64,000 nucleotides of DNA from IMG/VR virus record IMGVR_UViG_3300043464_001630, positions 124,001-188,000 of that record; one strand, written 5' to 3'. The translations under genes and the position numbers were made by a program. Below, one piece after another: positions 48,650 through 57,132 of this stretch (position 1 is the stretch's first letter; every line of letters starts with the position of its first letter). The notes under the pieces were generated by a model, which saw only the letters and a program-made list of their open reading frames with translations, was not told the DNA's origin and did no database searches.

Positions 48650-49888
48650 ATGCCATTAATCTATAAAAGTTATAAAGTAGAATTAGACCCGACCAATGTT
48701 CAAATCACTAACATGAAAAAGAACATTGGTGCGGCTAGGTTTGCTTATAACTGGGGCTTGCGTAAGAAGATAGAGGCATACGAACAAAAAAACAAAACCC
48801 CTTATTATAATGATCTTCATAAAGAATTAAATTCTATGAAGAAAAGTGAAATTACTTGGGCGTATGAATGTTCTAAGTGTTCTTTTCAAGAAGCATTGGT
48901 AGATTTAGATAGAGCTTTTGATAATTTTTTTTCTAATTGTAAAAAAGGACTCAAAGGCAAGAAAGGGTTCCCCAAGTTCAAATCTAAAAGAAATGATAAA
49001 CAAACGTTCAGATTGTTCGGTTCGATTAGCATTAAAGAAAATGCAATCAAATTACCAAGAATCGGAAAAGTTAAATTAAAAGAAACCGATTATATTCCTA
49101 AAGATATTAGAATTAAGCAAGCCACAGTATCTAAAAAGTCTGGTAGATGGTTTGTGTCGGTTCTGACCGAAATGGAATATGACTCATTATTACAAAACAA
49201 TAAAATAGTCGGTGTTGATTTAGGTATTAAAACGCTTGCTACTTGTTCAGATGGAACAACGTTTAATAATCCTAAAGCTCTCAAAAACAATTTAAACAAT
49301 TTAAAATATCAACAAAGAAAACTTAGTAAAAAAGTTAAAAATAGTAAAAATTATGAAAAACAAAAATTAAAATTACAAAAGATACATTATAGAATCTCAA
49401 ATATTAGAAAAGACAGCTTACATAAAGCGACTTCGAAAATTATTAGCGATAACCAAGTAATAGTTTTAGAAGACTTAAAAGTTTCTAATATGATGAAGAA
49501 TCACAAATTAGCACAAGCCACTAGTGATGTTGGATATTATGAATTTCGCAGACAGATTGAATACAAAGCTAAATGGAACAACAGACAAGTTATATTCGTT
49601 GATCAATTCTTTCCATCTAGTAAATTATGTTCGTCTTGTGGTAATAAGAAAGAAGATTTAAAGTTGACAGATAGAACTTATAAATGCGATTGTGGTTTAG
49701 AAATGGATAGAGATCTTAATGCATCTAAAAACTTAGAACAATTTTATACTGGGAGTTTCTCAGGAATTAACGCTTGTGGAGATGAGAGGTTCATCAAGGA
49801 AACGAAAGTTTCTAAGAGGTGCTCGTCGGTGAAGCAAGAATCTAACAAAAAGACTAGAGAATATACCATTAAAAAGGTTAGACTTTAG
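48650..49888 (+). CDS. tnpB: RNA-guided endonuclease TnpB
   Basis: HTH YKVELDPT..ARFAYNW; RuvC GVDLG / LEDL / DRDLNAS all intact; Zn ribbon CSSC..CDC. Confidence 0.95.
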   Translation: MPLIYKSYKVELDPTNVQITNMKKNIGAARFAYNWGLRKKIEAYEQKNKTPYYNDLHKELNSMKKSEITWAYECSKCSFQEALVDLDRAFDNFFSNCKKGLKGKKGFPKFKSKRNDKQTFRLFGSISIKENAIKLPRIGKVKLKETDYIPKDIRIKQATVSKKSGRWFVSVLTEMEYDSLLQNNKIVGVDLGIKTLATCSDGTTFNNPKALKNNLNNLKYQQRKLSKKVKNSKNYEKQKLKLQKIHYRISNIRKDSLHKATSKIISDNQVIVLEDLKVSNMMKNHKLAQATSDVGYYEFRRQIEYKAKWNNRQVIFVDQFFPSSKLCSSCGNKKEDLKLTDRTYKCDCGLEMDRDLNASKNLEQFYTGSFSGINACGDERFIKETKVSKRCSSVKQESNKKTREYTIKKVRL

Positions 49889-49912
49889 AATTTTGTAAGT
49901 TTAGAAGAACGG
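49749..49912 (+). ncRNA. Putative omegaRNA scaffold overlapping the tnpB 3' end
   Basis: Hairpins CTGGGA-GTT-TCTCAG (49749-49763) and GAAAC-GAAA-GTTTC (49799-49812); GCTTGTGGAGATGAG...CTCGTCGGTGAAGCAAG pairing; usual position for TnpB RNAs. Confidence 0.65.
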
Positions 49913-50127
49913 AATGGAACCCCGCGATTCAAGATATCAAATCACATGAAATTGATCCTTCATGGGTGGCGGGTTTGATGTACTTGATTTTTGATCGATA
50001 TCTATCTAGTGTTTCTGATTCAAAGCAACTAGAATTCTCTAAAGAAGTTTTTCGTTGGCTTTCAGTCATGAAGAAAGATGGTGGTAATTACGTCGAGACG
50101 AAACTACCACCATTCGATGATTTCTAA
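49912..50127 (+). pseudogene. 3' part of a small gene lacking its start (EWNPAIQDIKSHEIDPSWVAGLMYLIFDRY...PPFDDF*)
   Basis: 71 sense codons, protein-like, beginning at the element right end; nearest upstream in-frame stop at 49879 with no start codon between. Confidence 0.6.
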
Positions 50128-53100
50128 GAACTTCTAGTACACTTCAATGATATTGTTAAACTACCAGCATTATCATTTGAAGTAACTACGAATTGTAGAT
50201 AAGAATCAGCAGGAATTGCAGTAACCCAGCCAGTCATGGTAGTTGAAGATGCCTTGGTTGTATTTACCAAAGCTGGTTGGTTTGATAATCCTGATATTAC
50301 CGTATAAGTAGGATGGCTTGCAAAATTAGAAGTTAATACTTGAACAATTGAATTTGTTGGTTGGTTTGCTAGTAAAGTCCATGATAATATTTTAGTATTA
50401 TATGGTATTTGAATATAACCGAAAGCATTTTCTTGTACTAAACTCGAACCTCCGTCAAATATAAAGTTTATTTGAGCAGGAATAGGAGTAATGTTAAAAA
50501 TATTAGATCCGTCACCATAGAAAGTTCCGCTAATATTTGGTGAACTTACAGAAGTATTGAATGTTGCTGTAGTTCCAGTTAATCCACCCGTTAATACACC
50601 ACCAGATAATCCAAGTTTTGTAATATCTATTGATGTTAATCCGGTCACGCGAGTACCGTCACCATAAAAAATTCCACTAATGCTTGGAGCACTGAGTGAA
50701 GTTGTGAAAATTGCAGTGGTTCCAGTTAACCCACCTGTTAATACTCCTCCAGCTAATGGTAGCTTACTACCGTCTATTCCAGATACACCAGTCAATCTGC
50801 TTCCATTTCCATAAAAAGCACCACTGAGATTAGGAGCACTAAGTGAAGTGGTAAACAATCCGACAGTTCCAGTTAATCCACCCGTTAATACACCACCAGA
50901 TAAAGCAAGTTTGCTAATATCTATTGATGTTAATCCAGTCACGCGAGTACCGTCACCATAAAAAATTCCACTAATACTAGGAGCACTGAGTGAAGTTGTG
51001 AAAATTGCAGTGGTTCCGGTCAGACCTCCTGTTAATACTCCACCAGCTAATGGTAGTTTGCTACCATCAATTCCAGACACACTAGTCAATCCACTTCCGT
51101 TTCCATAAAAAACACCACTGAGATTAGGAGCACTGAGTGAAGTTGTAAACAATCCGACAGTTCCGGTTAATGTACCAGTTAATGCTCCACCTGATAATGG
51201 AAGTTTTGTTGGGTCTGCTGCTAATGCAATTCCTGATGTTGTTATTGATGATTTTACCCAAGTATTTGGAGCAGTACAAACATAAAAGAAAGTGGAATCG
51301 TACGCTACTTGTCCTGCTAATCCATAAGATGAACTAGTTGCGGGAGCAGATACAAACGCAACGTTCGTAGTTCTGGCACTATTAGCACCAGAAGTAGTAA
51401 GATACATGAAATTACCATCCCATTCTACAGAATTCTGAACTGGTGTGGTTAATAACGTACCTGCTTGGAATCTTAAAGGTGCTGTAGTTGTGCTTCCAAC
51501 TGCTAAAGTTTGTGTGCTTGTAAATGTATTTGCGAATAATACTGCGTTTGTATTGCCTCTTGCATAAGCTTGAGTTATTGTCAAAGCCGTAGTTCCCACT
51601 ACAATATCAGAAGTTCCTCCACCAGTCGAAGTATTACATGCGTAAATAAATCCATGCGAAGAAGTTCCTTTTGAAACACTGAACATTGTACCGTTACGTA
51701 CAGTTCCTTTATAAAAAGAAGGACGTTCTAATACTGCTTGTATTCCGACTCCTCCGACATTTATTACTTTCCAAGGTCCATTTTGTGCTTGATTGGTTTG
51801 CGAAACAAATAAAATAATATCTCCTACAGATGGAGTAACACCTTCTACCACAGCTAATGCACCCGGATTGGTATATGTAAATACATCAGATACTACACTT
51901 CCTGCTTGATTGGTAGGGTTTCTTAATGTTACGAAATAATGAGGAACATTCGTTCCGTTAGAAACATCTCCATAAAATGTTCCGCTAATACTTTGAGCAC
52001 TAATATTATTAAATAATGCACTAGTACCAGTTACTCCACCAGTTAATGTTCCACCACTTAATGGTAATTTATTAAAATCTGTTGCTAATATATTTGTTAA
52101 TCCAGTTCCATCACCAAAGAAAGAACCGCTAAGATTTGGTGCGCTTAATGAAGTTGTGAATAATCCTACAGTTCCTGTTAATGATCCTGTTAAGTTTCCA
52201 CCTACTAATGGAAGTTTTGAGACGTCTATTCCAGAAACGCCAGTTAGTCCGCTTCCATTACCAAAGAAAGATCCACTAATACTAGCAGAACTTAATGAAG
52301 TTGTGAATAATCCTACAGTTCCTGTTAAGGAACCAGTTAATATTCCTCCACTTAATGGGAGTTTACTGGAATCCGTTCCTACTATATTCGTTAAAAGGCT
52401 ACCGTCTCCACGGAATTTATCTGCCCAAATATCATGCTTTGCACTGATTTCACCGTTAACAGTTAATTCTTTATTTGGTTCGGATTCTCTAACACCAACT
52501 CTACCATCATTGCCAATGTGGAAAACTTCACCATAATCTTGATCATAAAACGAAGCAATATCATATGCGCCACTTGTTTGGAAAACGTATAAGGCAGGTC
52601 CAGCACCATAATTAATAACACTTAATGCACTTGTAGTGGTGAATACAGTGTTCACAAACGTAGCACTACTTAATGCGGTTAATGCCCCATTAATAATTAA
52701 ATTTCCGTCTATTCTACCACCAGTTAATGCAAGTTTTGAACTATCAATTCCAATTAGATTAGTCAAACCACTTCCATCACCATAAAATGTTCCACTTAAA
52801 TTTGGAGCACTTAATGATGTAGTAAATAATCCTTCAGTTCCTGTTAATGATCCAGTTAATACACCTCCTGCTAATGAAAGTTTACTTCCGTCTATTCCAG
52901 AAACACCCGTTAACCTGCTACCATCTCCATAAAATGATCCACTTAAACTAGGAGCACTTAGAGATATTGTAAATAACCCACTAGTACCAGTTAATCCATC
53001 TGTTAATGTTCCTCCTGATAAAGGTAATTTTCCATTATCAATTCCAATTAGATTAGTTAAACCACTACCATCTCCGTAAAATGATCCACTTAAACTAGGA

Positions 53101-54101
53101 GCACTTAATGAAATAGTAAACAATCCTTCGGTTCCTGTTAGTGCTCCTGTAAGTTCACCACCAGATAATTGCAATGCATCAGAATTAATACCAACAATAC
53201 CACTCAATCCACTTCCATCTCCATAAAAAGTTCCGCTTATATTAGGAGCACTCAATGAAACTGTAAACAAACCTTCGGTTCCTGTTAATGCTCCAGTTAA
53301 TTCTCCACCAGATAATGGCAACTTATCATTACTCGTAATAGCAATACCACTTAAATTACTTCCGTCACCATAAAATGTTCCACTTAAACTAGGAGCACTT
53401 AATGAAATAGTAAATAATCCTTCAGTTCCAGTTAATGCTCCGGTAAGTTCACCACCAGATAATGACAACTTATCATTATCAATACCAAAAATACCACTTA
53501 GTCCACTTCCATCTCCATAAAAAGTTCCGCTTATATTAGGAGCACTAAGAGATGTAGTGAATAATCCTTCTGTTCCTGTTAATCCTCCTGTTAGTACACC
53601 ACCAGCTAGTGGTAACTTATCAATATCGATACCAGAAATTCCAGACAATTTACTTCCGTCTCCGTAAAATGTTCCGCTTAAACTAGGAGCACTTAATGAA
53701 ACTGTAAATAATCCTTCGGTTCCTGTTAATGCTCCAGTTAGTTCACCGCCAGATAATGGCAATTTTGTGGTATCAGTACCGAATACTCCGGTTAAACCAC
53801 TGCCATCACCATAAAAAGTTCCACTTAAATTCGGAGCACTTAATGATATGGTAAATAATCCTTCGGTTCCTGTCAATGCTCCAGTTAATTCTCCACCAGA
53901 TAATGGTAATTTTGTAATATCCGTTCCAAATACTTGAGTTAATTGGCTACCAATTCCGATAAATTCATAAGCTGTTACATTTTGCGTAAACAATCCTTCG
54001 GTAGCTGACAAAAGATTATGAGAATAAACATTATCCCAATACGAATCTTTACCAGATGTAGTTCCTGAAATATTTTCGGAAGGTGCTAAAAAGCGAGACA
54101 T
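50124..54101 (-). CDS. Long tail fibre-like protein with 49-aa repeats
   Basis: 16 KLPLSGG..TG..GLFTxSLSAP..SG.FYGDGS repeats; start moved from TTG 54116 to ATG 54101 because of TAAATA-N5. Confidence 0.8.
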   Translation of the reverse strand: MSRFLAPSENISGTTSGKDSYWDNVYSHNLLSATEGLFTQNVTAYEFIGIGSQLTQVFGTDITKLPLSGGELTGALTGTEGLFTISLSAPNLSGTFYGDGSGLTGVFGTDTTKLPLSGGELTGALTGTEGLFTVSLSAPSLSGTFYGDGSKLSGISGIDIDKLPLAGGVLTGGLTGTEGLFTTSLSAPNISGTFYGDGSGLSGIFGIDNDKLSLSGGELTGALTGTEGLFTISLSAPSLSGTFYGDGSNLSGIAITSNDKLPLSGGELTGALTGTEGLFTVSLSAPNISGTFYGDGSGLSGIVGINSDALQLSGGELTGALTGTEGLFTISLSAPSLSGSFYGDGSGLTNLIGIDNGKLPLSGGTLTDGLTGTSGLFTISLSAPSLSGSFYGDGSRLTGVSGIDGSKLSLAGGVLTGSLTGTEGLFTTSLSAPNLSGTFYGDGSGLTNLIGIDSSKLALTGGRIDGNLIINGALTALSSATFVNTVFTTTSALSVINYGAGPALYVFQTSGAYDIASFYDQDYGEVFHIGNDGRVGVRESEPNKELTVNGEISAKHDIWADKFRGDGSLLTNIVGTDSSKLPLSGGILTGSLTGTVGLFTTSLSSASISGSFFGNGSGLTGVSGIDVSKLPLVGGNLTGSLTGTVGLFTTSLSAPNLSGSFFGDGTGLTNILATDFNKLPLSGGTLTGGVTGTSALFNNISAQSISGTFYGDVSNGTNVPHYFVTLRNPTNQAGSVVSDVFTYTNPGALAVVEGVTPSVGDIILFVSQTNQAQNGPWKVINVGGVGIQAVLERPSFYKGTVRNGTMFSVSKGTSSHGFIYACNTSTGGGTSDIVVGTTALTITQAYARGNTNAVLFANTFTSTQTLAVGSTTTAPLRFQAGTLLTTPVQNSVEWDGNFMYLTTSGANSARTTNVAFVSAPATSSSYGLAGQVAYDSTFFYVCTAPNTWVKSSITTSGIALAADPTKLPLSGGALTGTLTGTVGLFTTSLSAPNLSGVFYGNGSGLTSVSGIDGSKLPLAGGVLTGGLTGTTAIFTTSLSAPSISGIFYGDGTRVTGLTSIDISKLALSGGVLTGGLTGTVGLFTTSLSAPNLSGAFYGNGSRLTGVSGIDGSKLPLAGGVLTGGLTGTTAIFTTSLSAPSISGIFYGDGTRVTGLTSIDITKLGLSGGVLTGGLTGTTATFNTSVSSPNISGTFYGDGSNIFNITPIPAQINFIFDGGSSLVQENAFGYIQIPYNTKILSWTLLANQPTNSIVQVLTSNFASHPTYTVISGLSNQPALVNTTKASSTTMTGWVTAIPADSYLQFVVTSNDNAGSLTISLKCTRSS
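50500..53915 (-). repeat. 147-bp (49-aa) coding repeats in three blocks (8+3+5)
   Basis: Counted from the translation; 294-bp near-identical duplication (e.g. 50644 vs 50938); boundaries approximate. Confidence 0.85.
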
Positions 54102-54157
54102 AAAATTATTTATCAAATCTTAAATGATTAACTCATTTGAATTTGTGATTTTCGGAT

Positions 54158-54832
54158 TTATCCCACAACTATAATTTTATATGCAGTCAGACCGGGTACT
54201 TCTGAAAATTCTACTGTAATTTCATTAAAATTAGTATATGTAACTAATGGATAAACAACTTCAAAAGTATTTGTATTAATAACAGTACTCACTACGTCTT
54301 GAACGTCAAGATCATGATTGATGGTATACACAGTGTCGGTATCATTTCCAAATGCAGAAACAAATTTAGTAACATTACGATCTCCGAAAATTCTTCCAGT
54401 TGCTGAAATATCACCAATAACTGTTAATTTTTTATTTGGTTCTTTGGTTCCAATCCCCACAAATCCGGGTCTGGAAGAATTTCCATCTACCCAAAGTGCG
54501 ATATTAGAATCATCATAAAAAGCGGCAATTGCTTCTTCTCCGATCTGTACTCCCACCACTGCGGGACCAGTCCCCATATTGACCACACTCAATGCACTTG
54601 ATGTGGTGAACGTGGTATTAACAAAATTAGAACTCCCCGCAACAGTTAATGTTCCTGTAATATAAGTATCTCCAGAAACATATAGTGTTTTAGTAGGATC
54701 TGGATTCATCGTTGAACTCAAGACACCCAAGGCTAAATTATTAGCCATCAAATTATCAGTTACATATACATCTCCAGAAGCCGTTAGAGAATTATAAACT
54801 ACTACATCTTGAAGAATTCTTAAATTTGACAT
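54158..54832 (-). CDS. Short fibre/adaptor protein
   Basis: SALSVVN.G.GPA, VGIGTKEPNKKLTV; C-terminal domain shared with the next two genes. Confidence 0.65.
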   Translation of the reverse strand: MSNLRILQDVVVYNSLTASGDVYVTDNLMANNLALGVLSSTMNPDPTKTLYVSGDTYITGTLTVAGSSNFVNTTFTTSSALSVVNMGTGPAVVGVQIGEEAIAAFYDDSNIALWVDGNSSRPGFVGIGTKEPNKKLTVIGDISATGRIFGDRNVTKFVSAFGNDTDTVYTINHDLDVQDVVSTVINTNTFEVVYPLVTYTNFNEITVEFSEVPGLTAYKIIVVG

Positions 54833-54858
54833 ATATCTTATTATTTAATGCTTTTAGC

Positions 54859-55794
54859 TTATGCGAACATAACCACTTTATAATCTTGTCCAACTGTTAA
54901 GTTATTTGGAAATTGTATGGTGGTATTATTCGAATCTACATTCTTAGATGAAACAAACACTAATTCATCAGTTGTTATATCATATACACTAATAATAATG
55001 TTTTTTGTGTTTAAATTGTGATTGAGATGATAAGTTCTTGTCATATTATCACCTAATATATCAAATGTTAATTTAGAAACTAGTTCTCTTCCTTGGGTAT
55101 CTGTGATTTCGTTAGCTACAACAGTTTGTGTTACGGTAAGATTTCCGTCCATTGTACCACCATTGGCATATTGAACGGCATTTGTACCGCCACCACTTTC
55201 AGCAAAACGTAGACTTTCTCTACGAGCAATTTTTTCTGCTATTTCTATAAAACTTTTTTTGAAATTACTAGTATATGCTTCGAAAAATTTCTCTATTTTC
55301 TTGTCGCTTCTGTCGGTTAATAGTAGTTCGTGAAATAATTCTTCGGTGTTTTCTTTAATTAGTTTTTTAATTAATCCGTTTTTAGATTCTTTTTGTATTA
55401 ATTTTTTGAGTTCGGTTTTTGTTGGATTTTCCGCTGGTTTGTTTGTTGATAATTGTTCTTTAACTACTGTTCTTTTGTTAATTACTGGAGTTTTATTCTC
55501 AATGATAGCTGAATTTCTTCGGTTTAAACTATTTTGATTTATTTTAACTACGTTTTCTTTTGTTAATTGAAACTTTACATTTTTAAAAACTGTATTATTA
55601 ATTGTTACGTCTAATTCCACAACAGGAAGCCCGTTCTTTTCTTCTTTTTTCTCTTTTATTATTTGATATTGAGGGGTTTTAATTTCAAAAACATCAAAAT
55701 ACACTTCATCTATAGAATCAAATCCCAACATATTCACTCCTTCATAAGTGAATTGGCAATTATTAATCTCTTGACCTTCTAAAGATACTTTCAT
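54859..55794 (-). CDS. Hypothetical virion protein (ESGGGTNAVQYANGG family)
   Basis: Paralog of 55831..56841; TAAATA-N7-ATG. Confidence 0.6.
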   Translation of the reverse strand: MKVSLEGQEINNCQFTYEGVNMLGFDSIDEVYFDVFEIKTPQYQIIKEKKEEKNGLPVVELDVTINNTVFKNVKFQLTKENVVKINQNSLNRRNSAIIENKTPVINKRTVVKEQLSTNKPAENPTKTELKKLIQKESKNGLIKKLIKENTEELFHELLLTDRSDKKIEKFFEAYTSNFKKSFIEIAEKIARRESLRFAESGGGTNAVQYANGGTMDGNLTVTQTVVANEITDTQGRELVSKLTFDILGDNMTRTYHLNHNLNTKNIIISVYDITTDELVFVSSKNVDSNNTTIQFPNNLTVGQDYKVVMFA

Positions 55795-55830
55795 TTAAAA
55801 CTATTTAGGCAAAATAAGAGAAAAAACCAC

Positions 55831-56841
55831 TTAACAAAATAAAATTACTCTGTAATTCTCTTCTACTCGTAGATCATTTGGAAATGTTATTCGAGTATTA
55901 TTAAGATCTATATTAGTACTGGAAACAAACACCAATTGATAATTACTCATATCATAAACATTTATTAAAATGTCTCTTGTGTTGAAATCGTGAGTAAGTG
56001 TGAATGTATTATTAGAACCATTTCCCAATACATCGAAAGTTTTTTTATGAACTAATTGTCTACCTGTGGTATCTATTACAGTTTCGGCAACTATTTGATT
56101 GGTTACGGTTAAATTTCCGTTCATTGTGCCTCCGTTGGCATATTGCACGGCATTTGTACCGCCTCCACTTTCCATTGCTCTTGCAAATTGAGTATTTTTT
56201 ACTTTTTCAATAATTTGATTGAATTCTTTCTTCATTGCATCAGCATGATAGTTAAAGAATTTCTTAACTCTTGGATCGTCTTTTTTCTTTTCTAATAAAT
56301 CAAAAAATTTAGTATCTTCTTGTGTTTCTTCTGCATCTTCTTGTATTTTTTCGTTAGTAGAAGATTTAATATTATCTATATATTTTTCAGTATTTTCTTT
56401 TTCTGGAATTTCTGGTGCTTTTTGAACTTTATCAAAAACTTTAGGTGCTATACTGACTGAAGTTTCTTTGGGTTCTTCGAGATTTGTCTTTTTAACAGAA
56501 TTTGGTTTTTTACTGACTGGTAAAGATACTGGTTTTTGATAAGAAATTGATTTTTTTGGTTTATTTTGGGTGCTTGTAAAATTTTCTTCAAATTCTTCGG
56601 AAGAAATGTGATCAAGTGGAACTAATTTATTTGTGTTTTCTAAAATAATGAACTTTTTGTTATTTACTTTGATAACTTCTTTGTTTTTCCAATATCCAAT
56701 CTTTTCTGATACTAATAAATTAGATCCTTTACTAATATAATATTTTCCATCTAATAGTTTGTAACTATAACTATCATCTTTGTTTTTATTTTCTTTAAAA
56801 AGCAATGTTTTTGCTAAATGCTTTGCAAGAATGTCATCCAT
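55831..56841 (-). CDS. Hypothetical virion protein (ESGGGTNAVQYANGG family)
   Basis: Paralog of 54859..55794; TAAATA-N5-ATG. Confidence 0.6.
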   Translation of the reverse strand: MDDILAKHLAKTLLFKENKNKDDSYSYKLLDGKYYISKGSNLLVSEKIGYWKNKEVIKVNNKKFIILENTNKLVPLDHISSEEFEENFTSTQNKPKKSISYQKPVSLPVSKKPNSVKKTNLEEPKETSVSIAPKVFDKVQKAPEIPEKENTEKYIDNIKSSTNEKIQEDAEETQEDTKFFDLLEKKKDDPRVKKFFNYHADAMKKEFNQIIEKVKNTQFARAMESGGGTNAVQYANGGTMNGNLTVTNQIVAETVIDTTGRQLVHKKTFDVLGNGSNNTFTLTHDFNTRDILINVYDMSNYQLVFVSSTNIDLNNTRITFPNDLRVEENYRVILFC

Positions 56842-56865
56842 CTTAGTATTTAATAAAAATAAAAA

Positions 56866-56901
56866 AATTATCTCCTACCAGCGAACCAGTAGGAGATAAT
56901 T
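56866..56901 (-). terminator. Rho-independent terminator
   Basis: 13-bp stem AATTATCTCCTAC/GTAGGAGATAATT, TTCG-containing loop on the minus strand, followed by a T-run. Confidence 0.85.
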
Positions 56902-56927
56902 AGGTTTAGGTTTTGTTTGTTTGGTTT

Positions 56928-57119
56928 TTAGAAACCAATAAGCACTGCGAAGTTTCTTGCTTTACCTATTATTAATGCATCTAATAAGAAACCTTCGGGG
57001 CTTCCGTTGTACCAATAATTCAGAGCACCTATAGGAGCTTCGGGAGTACTTTTAATCAAGGTGGTTGATACACCTTCATACCAATAAGTTAATTTTCCGT
57101 TGGGATTTTGATTAGCCAT
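56928..57119 (-). CDS. Small protein with duplicated G-x-L-x-YWY-x-G motif
   Basis: GKLTYWYEG / GALNYWYNG; between the large adhesin and the terminator. Confidence 0.6.
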   Translation of the reverse strand: MANQNPNGKLTYWYEGVSTTLIKSTPEAPIGALNYWYNGSPEGFLLDALIIGKARNFAVLIGF

Positions 57120-57132
57120 AATTTTTTATTTT

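Larger units (their letters stand above)
48380..49912 (+). mobile_element. Putative non-autonomous TnpB element (zinc-finger gene + tnpB); left end uncertain
   Basis: Right end ...TTTTGTAAGTTTAGAAGAACGG resembles IS607-type ends; removing it restores an ORF; no tnpA present. Confidence 0.5.

Noticed and set aside
48379-49911. IStron (self-splicing TnpB element): exon could end in U and element in G, in frame
   Set aside because: No group I core recognisable; the left part is AT-rich zinc-finger coding sequence. A covariance-model search would settle it
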